Assembly: GCF_051097895.1 (NCBI RefSeq)
Contig: NZ_CP142525.1
Location: 2,040,001 to 2,072,000, forward strand
Reading direction: 5' to 3'
Length of the DNA stretch: 32,000 bases
Origin: Psychrobacter sp. HD31
Lineage (GTDB): Bacteria > Pseudomonadota > Gammaproteobacteria > Pseudomonadales > Moraxellaceae
Positions within the stretch are counted from its first letter, which is position 1, and each line of letters begins with the position of its first letter. Shown piece by piece: positions 1 to 7,808 of this stretch. A program made the position numbers and the translations under genes. The notes beneath the pieces were generated by a model. That model saw only the letters and a program-made list of their open reading frames with translations, was not told where the DNA came from and searched no databases.

Positions 1-292
1 GGTATTGACTTTGCATATAGCGCATGTGGTTTGCAACGGTAATGGATGTAACAGAAACTGTTAATTCTGTGCTTGTAAACTTAACTACTTGACAGTTTTT
101 TACGATGTCTTTTGGTAAGCCTGCTAAGGCATCATAAAGTACCGTTTTAAACTCATTAGTAGCAAGTTGTAGTTTTTGAAGGTGTGTCGAGATGTTATTT
201 GGCAACCGACATCCAGCTTCTCGTTGTTTGTCAACTAAGCTACCAAATTGGTTTGTAAAGTTATGCTGTGTTAAGTCAGATTGTTGGCTCAT
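1..292 (-). CDS. DUF721/DciA-like protein, N-terminal 97 codons only (gene runs off the window start)
   Basis: Absent from the ORF track because no stop lies in the window. The reverse-strand ATG (290-292) opens a frame I translated by hand to base 2 with no stop: MSQQSDLTQHNFTNQFGSLVDKQREAGCRLPNNISTHLQKLQLATNEFKTVLYDALAGLPKDIVKNCQVVKFTSTELTVSVTSITVANHMRYMQSQY. The stretch LP.DI...C.VV.F....L.V.V.S..VA..MRY resembles the DUF721/DciA pattern as I recall it from Vibrio DciA. The family call is from memory. Confidence 0.45.
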   Translation of the reverse strand, partial: MSQQSDLTQHNFTNQFGSLVDKQREAGCRLPNNISTHLQKLQLATNEFKTVLYDALAGLPKDIVKNCQVVKFTSTELTVSVTSITVANHMRYMQSQY

Positions 293-392
293 ATTAATCC
301 AAAAAAAATATTTAAAGGTCATACGTCTATAGTATAAGATGAAGTGGCTGTTTTTGTTGAATTTTAGTAGTAAAAGTTTTTACAGGCGAGTT

Positions 393-1148
393 ATGAAGAA
401 AATCTTATTAATGATTACGGCATTGGGACTCACTACCTCACATGCCAGTGCAACAAACACGCAACCAGACTCTCAACAGATAGATAAGTTGGTTGCAGAT
501 TTAGAAGGTTGGAGTACTGCTAAAGCAAAATCTGGCTCACAAAGTAAGAGCGAAGCTTTATCAGATGACCTTTTTAATGAAATTCAAGCTCGACTAAGTG
601 ATGAAAACGAAGCTGCTGCAAGAGCTGAAGCAACTCGCCAAGCATTTTTAGATACAGATGCTGCTACTCGCAAAGCATTGGTATCATCAGAAATTGCGCC
701 TGTTTATAATGGTGTGGGTGGTTCTTCTAAATTAACCAATCGTTCTGCGCCAGTAGTTGCTGCTAAAAGGGCATCTCGTTCAGCGCGTTCTCGTTCAGCT
801 GGTTTGTGTGCAAAATATGTACGTATCGCATTACAGGCAGCAGGCTATAAATTTACGCCAAACCCATCGGCATACCAATATGCTACTCGTGGCACATTAG
901 CAAAAGCAGGTTTCGCTAAAATTAGTAATAAGGCTAAACCACAAGTAGGTGATGTTGTTGTTATCAGTCGCTCACGCAAGCATCCACATGGTCATATTGC
1001 TATTTATGATGGTCGTAATTGGGTTTCTGATTTCCGTCAAAAACGTAAAAGTCCCTATCGTGAGTATTATAGCTACACAACATGGCGTGATGCACGTTAC
1101 TTAAATGATGCCTCAAATCGTGGTACATACTTAGCATTAAATGATTAA
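393..1148 (+). CDS. Exported papain-fold (NlpC/P60- or CHAP-like) Cys/His hydrolase, probable peptidoglycan amidase/endopeptidase
   Basis: The track ORF is 339-1148. I prefer ATG 393 (MKKILLMITALGLTTSHASA, a typical Sec signal peptide) with GGCGAG just upstream. The C-terminal ~115 aa carry Cys in GLCAKYVRIAL and His in HPHGHIAIYDGRNWVSDF, 62 residues apart. A hairpin terminator follows. Confidence 0.6.
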   Translation: MKKILLMITALGLTTSHASATNTQPDSQQIDKLVADLEGWSTAKAKSGSQSKSEALSDDLFNEIQARLSDENEAAARAEATRQAFLDTDAATRKALVSSEIAPVYNGVGGSSKLTNRSAPVVAAKRASRSARSRSAGLCAKYVRIALQAAGYKFTPNPSAYQYATRGTLAKAGFAKISNKAKPQVGDVVVISRSRKHPHGHIAIYDGRNWVSDFRQKRKSPYREYYSYTTWRDARYLNDASNRGTYLALND

Positions 1149-1186
1149 GTTATTATCTATCTATTATCAAAGATTAGATTGAATTT

Positions 1187-1214
1187 AAAACTCAGTGAAA
1201 TGCTGAGTTTTTTT
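1187..1214. terminator. Rho-independent terminator between convergent genes
   Basis: AAAACTCAG-tgaaatg-CTGAGTTTT forms a perfect 9-bp stem. It is followed by a T-run (7 T in total) and lies 39 nt after the stop at 1148. Confidence 0.7.
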
Positions 1215-1268
1215 GTGCCAAAAATTTGTCTTTCATACTTTGAGTCAATATTTTTGATTAAATGGGTA

Positions 1269-1871
1269 TCAGTCAGAGATAGGAATCCAAAAATTTTGGT
1301 CATGAAAATCAGCCGGTGTTGCCTGTTCTTTTGCAAAAAATAAAGGCAGATGATTATTTTTTAAATATAGAATTAGGGTGGGATTAAAAAGAGTTGCAGA
1401 TTTTAGGTGGTTGGGTAAGTTGTCCATATCAAACATAAATGTACGTTGATAAGTATCAGTTTGTTTTTGCCAGCTAATAATGGCATTTTCTGTTGAATTA
1501 ATGGCGAGTGCTCTAGGCGGCATGCTTTTGGGGGTACGGTAGTCATCAAAGTGATAAATCGAAAAATACCCTTTAGGGCTGGCATTTATTTCGATGTATT
1601 CAGTATGGGTAATATCTCCGATAAAGCACTCCAAACAGGTGTCTTCCCACAAAAAATCTTTTTGTTGGAAAGAATTGTCATCTAATGTATGCCATATAAC
1701 GTCAGGTTGCAGTTTTGTAGGTATTAAAATATCAAAGCTAACTTTGAGCAAGTGGTTAACTATCTCAAGGTTAGCGGTAATTTTGATATTTTTTATATGG
1801 GTAATAAGCGTGTTTGACTTTAAACCAGACAGCGACTCTTTTGCTATCTTTAATACAAAGTTCTGTTGCAT
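1269..1871 (-). CDS. Hypothetical protein (200 aa), co-directional with and 22 nt downstream of yhbY
   Basis: Long ORF with no signal peptide and no family I recognise. A conserved-looking segment reads DFLWEDTCLECFIGD...YIEINASPKGYFSIYHFDDYRTP. There is no clear SD before ATG 1871. The overlapping + strand ORFs 1594-1920 and 1866-2066 look spurious. Confidence 0.55.
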   Translation of the reverse strand: MQQNFVLKIAKESLSGLKSNTLITHIKNIKITANLEIVNHLLKVSFDILIPTKLQPDVIWHTLDDNSFQQKDFLWEDTCLECFIGDITHTEYIEINASPKGYFSIYHFDDYRTPKSMPPRALAINSTENAIISWQKQTDTYQRTFMFDMDNLPNHLKSATLFNPTLILYLKNNHLPLFFAKEQATPADFHDQNFWIPISD

Positions 1872-1893
1872 GGTATGCTGCTTATGGGTGTGG

Positions 1894-2205
1894 TTAGTAG
1901 GTATAACGCACTATATTTGATAAGTTTGGGTTTGCGTCAGGATTTTGACGTAATAGTAAACCCATACGACCAATGCTATGTACCATTTTCGAGTTGGTTG
2001 CTTCGGCAAGCTCATTTGCCATTTGTTCTCGCTCATCTTTGCTACCAGCAGGCAGGCGCACTTTAATGAGCTCGTGGTCATTTAAGGCACGGTCAGTTTC
2101 ATCAATAATGTTTTGAGTTAGCCCTTTACCACCAATGGTTACGACTGGCTTTAGATGATGACCAATGCCACGTAGGCGTTTGATAGTTTCGTTATCAAGT
2201 TGCAT
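1894..2205 (-). CDS. yhbY: CRM-domain RNA-binding protein YhbY
   Basis: The 103-aa product aligns with E. coli YhbY (LKPVVTIGGKGLT....E.D.AL..HELIKV). It is divergent from rlmE, as in E. coli. Confidence 0.85.
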   Translation of the reverse strand: MQLDNETIKRLRGIGHHLKPVVTIGGKGLTQNIIDETDRALNDHELIKVRLPAGSKDEREQMANELAEATNSKMVHSIGRMGLLLRQNPDANPNLSNIVRYTY

Positions 2206-2360
2206 AGAGTACCTTGTTTTTTAATAAATAATTAAATCAATCAATAATTGAGTAATGTTAAAGCCCATTATAAAATATCTTGGTTTTTTTTGATATAAAC
2301 ATTTGCTATCAAAGCGATTTAATCAACAAAAAATGATAGAATTAATCATATTTTTTATTA

Positions 2361-3008
2361 ATGCAGGCAATAAAATTGGCAACTCGTATTACCAACAAAA
2401 CCTTATCTAAAAGTAGCAAAGCGTGGATGAAAGAACACCTTGATGACCATTATGTTAAACAAGCACACAAAGATGGTTACCGAGCACGTGCCGCTTATAA
2501 GTTAACTGAAATCAATGAAAAAACCAAGCTAATTAAACCAGGGATGACCGTTGTTGATTTAGGCAGTGCCCCAGGGAGTTGGTCTCAGGTAGCTGGACGT
2601 ATCGTTGGTGATACGGGGGTGATGATCGCCTCTGATATTTTGCCAATGGATAAACTTGAAAATGTGACATTTATTCAGGGGGATTTTCGTGAACAGGATG
2701 TTTTTGACAAAATTATGGCAGAAGTTGCAGGGCGTCAGGTAGATGTTGTATTGTCTGATATGGCACCTAATACTTCTGGAAATAAAGCGGTTGACCAACC
2801 TCGCATGATGTATTTGTGTGAACTGGCAGTAGACTTTGCATTAAGTGTTTTGCCAAAAGATGGTGCGCTAATCATGAAAGTGTTTGAAGGGGAAGGCTCT
2901 CAGGTGTTGCGTCAACAAATACAAAAGCAATTTACAAAAGTAAAAAGTATTAAACCGGCAGCGTCTCGTGCCCGAAGTAAAGAGATATTTTGGATTGCGA
3001 TTAAATAA
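2361..3008 (+). CDS. rlmE: 23S rRNA (U2552 2'-O)-methyltransferase RlmE/FtsJ
   Basis: AdoMet motif VVDLGSAPGSWSQ and DMAPNTSG. The N-terminus aligns with E. coli RlmE, and the conserved rlmE-ftsH-folP order is present. No SD precedes ATG 2361. TTG 2376, with AGG 8 nt upstream, is an alternative start. Confidence 0.9.
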   Translation: MQAIKLATRITNKTLSKSSKAWMKEHLDDHYVKQAHKDGYRARAAYKLTEINEKTKLIKPGMTVVDLGSAPGSWSQVAGRIVGDTGVMIASDILPMDKLENVTFIQGDFREQDVFDKIMAEVAGRQVDVVLSDMAPNTSGNKAVDQPRMMYLCELAVDFALSVLPKDGALIMKVFEGEGSQVLRQQIQKQFTKVKSIKPAASRARSKEIFWIAIK

Positions 3009-3113
3009 CAATAATTCAATAAACTTGTCTAAATTAAATGGAATTTATCTAAATGGGCTTGAATTTTTTAAATTGAATACTCATATCATGATATATTAGT
3101 AACTATTTTTTAT

Positions 3114-3143
3114 ACTCATACTGCTTTATTAGCAGCGATGAGT
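3114..3143 (+). other. Stem-loop in the rlmE-ftsH spacer / ftsH leader
   Basis: ACTCATACTGCT-ttatt-AGCAGCGATGAGT pairs as 6 + 5 bp with a small bulge. It ends 19 nt before ATG 3162 and has no T-run, so it is not a classical terminator. Confidence 0.4.
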
Positions 3144-3161
3144 GTGCCTCTACCGTAAAGG

Positions 3162-5075
3162 ATGGAAAAGCTTGTGAGCGATATGCTAAAAAAAGTCTTG
3201 CTTTGGCTTGTTGTCATAGGGACTGTTGTACTTGTTTTTAGTGGTTTTGACAGATCGACAAAGTCAGATTCACTCAATTACTCTGAATTTGTAACTGCTG
3301 TGGCAGATAATCAAATTAGCAGTGTTAAAATTGATGGTGAACAAATCACTGGTGAAAAGAAAAATGGATCGGAGTTTTCTACTATCCGCCCAGGGATAAC
3401 CGATGATGAGCTCATGCCAATGTTGCGTGAACATAAGGTTGCTGTTGAAGGTGCCGCACCAGAGCGTCAAAGTATATTGATGCAACTATTGATTGCCAGC
3501 TTCCCAATCTTATTAATTATTGGCTTATTCATGTTGTTTATGCGTAATATGCAAGGTGGCGTTGGTGGTGGCGGTGGCCGCAACCCAATGAGCTTTGGTA
3601 AATCAAAAGCCAAAATGTTGGGTGAAGATGACATTAAAGTAACTTTTGCAGATGTGGCGGGTTGTGAAGAAGCAAAACATGAAGTTGTAGAAATTGTTGA
3701 CTTTTTACGTGATCCAAGCAAGTTTACTAAACTTGGTGCAACAATCCCTCGTGGTGTGTTAATGGTTGGACCCCCAGGGACAGGTAAAACCTTGCTTGCT
3801 AAAGCCATTGCGGGTGAGGCAAAAGTACCGTTTTTTACCATTTCAGGTTCTGATTTTGTTGAAATGTTTGTCGGTGTTGGTGCATCTCGTGTGCGTGATA
3901 TGTTTGACCAAGCTAAAAAAAATGCGCCTTGTATCATTTTTATTGATGAGATTGATGCAGTGGGTCGCCATCGTGGCTCTGGCATGGGTGGTGGACATGA
4001 CGAGCGTGAGCAAACGCTTAACCAATTATTGGTAGAAATGGATGGTTTCGAAGGCAATGATGGTGTGATTGTGATTGCGGCTACCAACCGTGCAGATGTA
4101 TTAGATAAAGCACTTCTGCGTCCTGGTCGTTTTGACCGTCAGGTGCAAGTTGGCTTGCCAGATATTAAGGGGCGTGAGCAAATTCTTAACGTACACCTTA
4201 AAAAATTGCCAGCAACAGTTGGTGTGGATGCCAGTGTGTTGGCACGAGGTACGCCAGGTTTTAGTGGTGCACAACTTGCAAATCTTGTTAATGAGGCTGC
4301 TTTATTTGCTGCTCGTCATAACAAAAAAAGTGTGGATATGCACGACTTTGAAGAAGCAAAAGATAAGTTGTATATGGGTCCTGCTCGTAAATCGCTTGTA
4401 TTGCGTGAAGAAGAACGTTTATCAACTGCTTATCATGAGGCAGGGCATGCATTAGTTGCTGAGCTATTGCCAGACACTGACCCTGTACATAAAGTAACGA
4501 TTATGCCACGTGGTTTTGCGTTGGGTGTTACTTGGCAGCTACCTGAGTATGATCAAACCAGCCAAAACAAAAAAGATTTGTTAAACAATATCGCTGTATT
4601 GTTTGGTGGACGTATTGCAGAAGAGGTGTTTGTTGATCAAAAATCAACGGGTGCTTCTAATGACTTTGAGCGTGCAACTAAATTAGCGCGTGCAATGGTA
4701 ACCAAATACGGTATGTCTGAAGCCATGGGTATTATGGTATATGAAGACGATGATAGCTCGCAGGGTTACTTTAGTAGTAGTAACCGAACTATTTCTGAGG
4801 CAACTCAGCAAAAAGTTGACGAAGAAGTACGCCGCATTCTTGAAGAGCAATATGATGTGGCGCGTACTTTGATCGAAGACAACAAAGACAAAATGCACGT
4901 AATGGCAGATGCTTTAATGAAGTGGGAAACCATAGACAGAGATCAAGTACTAGATATCATGAATGGACTAGAGCCACGTGAGCCTAAAGACTATCAGGTT
5001 AAAGATGTGACTCCTAATAATAAAGGCAATGACAATGGTTCTAGTCAATTGCCACCGCCGCTACCAGCGATGTAA
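3162..5075 (+). CDS. ftsH: ATP-dependent zinc metalloprotease FtsH
   Basis: Walker A GPPGTGKT, Walker [10 protein letters not shown], zinc site HEAGHA, and two N-terminal TM segments. ATG 3183 ([11 protein letters not shown]) aligns better with the E. coli N-terminus and is an alternative start. Confidence 0.95.
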   Translation: MEKLVSDMLKKVLLWLVVIGTVVLVFSGFDRSTKSDSLNYSEFVTAVADNQISSVKIDGEQITGEKKNGSEFSTIRPGITDDELMPMLREHKVAVEGAAPERQSILMQLLIASFPILLIIGLFMLFMRNMQGGVGGGGGRNPMSFGKSKAKMLGEDDIKVTFADVAGCEEAKHEVVEIVDFLRDPSKFTKLGATIPRGVLMVGPPGTGKTLLAKAIAGEAKVPFFTISGSDFVEMFVGVGASRVRDMFDQAKKNAPCIIFIDEIDAVGRHRGSGMGGGHDEREQTLNQLLVEMDGFEGNDGVIVIAATNRADVLDKALLRPGRFDRQVQVGLPDIKGREQILNVHLKKLPATVGVDASVLARGTPGFSGAQLANLVNEAALFAARHNKKSVDMHDFEEAKDKLYMGPARKSLVLREEERLSTAYHEAGHALVAELLPDTDPVHKVTIMPRGFALGVTWQLPEYDQTSQNKKDLLNNIAVLFGGRIAEEVFVDQKSTGASNDFERATKLARAMVTKYGMSEAMGIMVYEDDDSSQGYFSSSNRTISEATQQKVDEEVRRILEEQYDVARTLIEDNKDKMHVMADALMKWETIDRDQVLDIMNGLEPREPKDYQVKDVTPNNKGNDNGSSQLPPPLPAM

Positions 5076-5098
5076 ATATTGCTAATCTAACGTAAAAG

Positions 5099-5127
5099 CC
5101 CTTATCAAAATTGATAGGGGTTTTTTT
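5099..5127 (+). terminator. Rho-independent terminator after ftsH
   Basis: CCCTTATC-aaaatt-GATAGGGG forms an 8-bp stem including one G.U pair. It is followed by TTTTTTT and lies 24 nt after the stop. Confidence 0.75.
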
Positions 5128-5184
5128 GTTCGTGCTATAATAGCAGCGTAATTTAATTAATAAGTGTTAAGTAGTCTGTACATT

Positions 5185-6069
5185 ATGAAGCTCACAACAT
5201 TACCTGCCTATAAAATTACCTACCATGATAAAACACTGGATTTAAGTAAGCCTCATATTATGGGTATCTTGAATGTCACACCAGACTCTTTTTCTGATGG
5301 TGGTGAGTTTGTAAATATTAACAATGCCGTTAACCATGCAAAACAAATGATTGCTGAAGGCGCTAGTATCATTGATATTGGTGGTGAATCAACACGCCCT
5401 AATGCAGACAAAGTGAGTATAGAAGAAGAGTTACACAGAGTATTGCCAGTGATTAAAGCGTTAAGAGAAGCGCTTGGTAAAGAGGTTTGGCTATCGATTG
5501 ACACCAGTAACCCTGAGGTAATGCAACAAGCGGTGGAAGCGGGTGCAGACATTGTTAATGATGTGCGTGCTTTAAAACGTCAGGGCGCAGCTGAAATAGT
5601 TTCAGCGCTCAAAGTGCCCGTTATCCTTATGCATATGCGGGGTGAACCGGCGACCATGAATGGGCTGGCAAATTATGATAACGTGATGCAAACGATAAAA
5701 TTAGAGTTAACCGAACGCATTAATGCGGCAGTTTCAGCGGGTATTAACCCACAAAATATTATTATAGATGCTGGGTTTGGTTTTGCAAAAGAGTATGCGC
5801 ATCACTGCAAGATGTTGGATAATTTTAGTGAATTTACAGAAATGGGATATCCCGTTATGTTTGCTGTGTCTCGTAAGCGTTTTTTAGGTGAGGTTTTAAA
5901 TAATAGCAACGCCCCTGCGTTAATGGCACATGAAACAAAAGACAGAGACCCTGTGGGTATGGCAGCAGCATTGTTAGCAGTACAGCAAGGTGCCAGTATT
6001 GTACGAACCCATAATGTGGGTATAACAAAACAAGCATTGAGTTTGTGGGAACAATTAGCAGTTAAGTAA
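5185..6069 (+). CDS. folP: Dihydropteroate synthase
   Basis: Motifs GILNVTPDSFSDGG and DIGGESTRP. The sequence aligns with E. coli FolP from MKL onward. The track start GTG 5164 was replaced by ATG 5185 on the basis of that alignment. Confidence 0.9.
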   Translation: MKLTTLPAYKITYHDKTLDLSKPHIMGILNVTPDSFSDGGEFVNINNAVNHAKQMIAEGASIIDIGGESTRPNADKVSIEEELHRVLPVIKALREALGKEVWLSIDTSNPEVMQQAVEAGADIVNDVRALKRQGAAEIVSALKVPVILMHMRGEPATMNGLANYDNVMQTIKLELTERINAAVSAGINPQNIIIDAGFGFAKEYAHHCKMLDNFSEFTEMGYPVMFAVSRKRFLGEVLNNSNAPALMAHETKDRDPVGMAAALLAVQQGASIVRTHNVGITKQALSLWEQLAVK

Positions 6070-6128
6070 CTGTAAGTACCAGTTATTGAAACTATTAAGT
6101 CTTAATTATTAACCATGAGGAGCAAGCC

Positions 6129-6398
6129 ATGAGCGAGCAAAACAAAATAGAACCAACATTGGAGCAACGCCGTATCATTTATCAAGCACGTCGTGGATTA
6201 AAAGAATTAGATGTGTTTATTGATCCATACGTTAGACAAAGGTTTCTTACTGCCAGTGAAGAGGAGCAAGTAACATTTGCAAAATTACTTACTTTTGAAG
6301 ATCCAGATTTGCTAGACTTTTTTATGAATCAACAAACGCCTGATGATGCAAAAATAGCTGAGTTAATTAACATCATGAAACAATTAGTCTTGGCTTAA
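6129..6398 (+). CDS. sdhE: FAD assembly factor SdhE (YgfY/CptB family)
   Basis: The 89-aa product carries the RGxxE motif (RRGLKELD) and DPDLLDF. It aligns with E. coli SdhE. GAGGAG lies 6 nt upstream of the ATG. Confidence 0.85.
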   Translation: MSEQNKIEPTLEQRRIIYQARRGLKELDVFIDPYVRQRFLTASEEEQVTFAKLLTFEDPDLLDFFMNQQTPDDAKIAELINIMKQLVLA

Positions 6399-6462
6399 TG
6401 GCAGTTGTTTTCATATCAGTAAGCAGGCTTATTAACATTAAAGGCAAAGACCAAATACCAAG

Positions 6463-7029
6463 ATGGAAGGTTTTAACACATGGCGATTGGATACGCCAAT
6501 TAAAAGAAATAGCAAATTTAAATGGCTAATCATAAGTTGCTGGTTGGCGATTTTGTTATGGATGGTCGTGCTTTTTAAGTTGGCTTGGTGGCAGGCTACT
6601 ATTGTAATAATGAGTGGTGTTTTTGCCATGCTGTTGGCTAGTTGGTGGCGGTATCCTGTTATTCATTTAACTCAGCCAAGTACGCATAATAAAAATAAAC
6701 TTTGGCAAATTTATATTGGGCATAAAAAGCACAATCCGTGGTCTTCAATATTTTTGATGTTTACAAAAAACCAATATGATAATCATGCTCAAATTAATGA
6801 AAAAATAATGTGGCAGGGTGACTTGTGCGATGCCAAAGATTTTGGCAATTGGGTGTTGTTAAGATTTCAGGTTGTTGAACCTTTTGCCCGACCCTTAACA
6901 CTGGTGATTTTTAGAGACCAGATAGAACCTCTGTTATCAACCTCTATGCAGGATAAGAAAAACGCTGATAAACACCATGATAACTGGCGGTTACTTAAGA
7001 CCATAGCACGGTTATCACGTAACAAATAA
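6463..7029 (+). CDS. ygfX: YgfX/CptA-like inner-membrane protein (DUF1434-like)
   Basis: Lies immediately downstream of sdhE, as in E. coli. It has two N-terminal hydrophobic helices after W.LD....S. The C-terminal segment MWQGD...WVLLRFQ...LVIFRDQI...NWRLLKTIARL parallels E. coli YgfX (RLRWQGQEW...MMLRLRS...LWLAADSM...WRDLRRILL). It is 188 aa versus 135 aa in E. coli. Confidence 0.55.
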   Translation: MEGFNTWRLDTPIKRNSKFKWLIISCWLAILLWMVVLFKLAWWQATIVIMSGVFAMLLASWWRYPVIHLTQPSTHNKNKLWQIYIGHKKHNPWSSIFLMFTKNQYDNHAQINEKIMWQGDLCDAKDFGNWVLLRFQVVEPFARPLTLVIFRDQIEPLLSTSMQDKKNADKHHDNWRLLKTIARLSRNK

Positions 7030-7103
7030 AACACATAAAAACTAATCAGATTTGTTATAGTGATAATGTGGTTATTAAATTTCACAAAAAAGGAATAAAT
7101 TTT

Positions 7104-7748
7104 ATGAGCAGTTTATTAGGTAATTTAATTACGCAAGTTGCAACCAGTGCATTAACAAAAGATTCGCCACAACAATCACTTAACCCAACAGGTGACCTTG
7201 GCAGCATTTTAGGCAATGTGTTAGGTAGTACAATGGGTGCACAACAACAAAATAATCAATTTGGTTTGGATGATGTATTAGGGAGTGTCCTTGGTGCACA
7301 GCAAGCAAATGCAAACACTGGTGGCGGTTTAGGCTCTATTTTGGGTAGTGTGCTTGGCAACAAGCAAAGCTCTGGTCAGGGCATGTTGGTTGCTGTATTG
7401 TTGCCTATGGTTTTAAACTGGGTACAAAGTAATGGTGGTTTATCTGGTGCATTGGCTAAAATTCAGGGTATGGGTATGCAACAGCAAGCGGATTCTTGGA
7501 TGAGCACCAGTCAGGCTAATACTAACCTAAGTTTAGAGCAAGTTGGTCAGCTATTTGGTCGCAATGAGATTAGCCAAGTTTCGCAACAAACAGGGGCGAA
7601 TGAAAACATGGTAATGCAAGGTATTTCTGAGCTATTACCCGAGGTGATGAACCAGCTAACTCCACAAGGTGGGATGCAAGCTGAGTCGCAAGCTAATCAA
7701 GAGATTGGTGATATTCTTGCTCAATTGGCTGGCGGCATATTACGTTAA
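7104..7748 (+). CDS. YidB-family protein (DUF937)
   Basis: The track start GTG 7068 was replaced by ATG 7104, which has AGGA 9 nt upstream. The C-terminal half (GGLSGALAKIQGMGMQQQADSWMS...LSLEQVGQLFG...ISQVSQQTG...ELLPEVMNQLTPQG) matches the YidB pattern. The N-terminal half holds three LGSxLGxVLG-type repeats. Confidence 0.7.
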   Translation: MSSLLGNLITQVATSALTKDSPQQSLNPTGDLGSILGNVLGSTMGAQQQNNQFGLDDVLGSVLGAQQANANTGGGLGSILGSVLGNKQSSGQGMLVAVLLPMVLNWVQSNGGLSGALAKIQGMGMQQQADSWMSTSQANTNLSLEQVGQLFGRNEISQVSQQTGANENMVMQGISELLPEVMNQLTPQGGMQAESQANQEIGDILAQLAGGILR

Positions 7749-7780
7749 TATTAACGTTAAAGTCCGTTTACTAATTTTTG

Positions 7781-7808
7781 AAAACCCATGATTTTTGTCA
7801 TGGGTTTT
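7781..7808. terminator. Shared (bidirectional) hairpin terminator for the yidB-like gene and recX
   Basis: AAAACCCATGA-tttttg-TCATGGGTTTT forms a perfect 11-bp stem with A/T runs on both sides. The recX stop codon (7807-7809) lies inside the right arm. Confidence 0.7.

Noticed and set aside
339-392. Upstream 18 codons of the track ORF 339-1148 (MKWLFLLNFSSKSFYRRV)
   Set aside because: The downstream ATG 393 gives a canonical signal peptide. The upstream extension would bury it and has no SD.
1594-2066. + strand ORFs 1594-1920 and 1866-2066
   Set aside because: They are antisense to the 200-aa ORF and to yhbY, which has clear homology. They have hydrophobic, Cys-rich shadow-frame composition.
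3467-4087. 206-aa ORF antisense to ftsH, plus smaller ones at 3270-3485, 3766-4035, 3843-4025, 4132-4455 and 4683-4898
   Set aside because: It lies entirely inside the strongly supported ftsH CDS. The product is Ser/Pro/Thr-rich low complexity typical of shadow frames, and I saw no start context or family resemblance.
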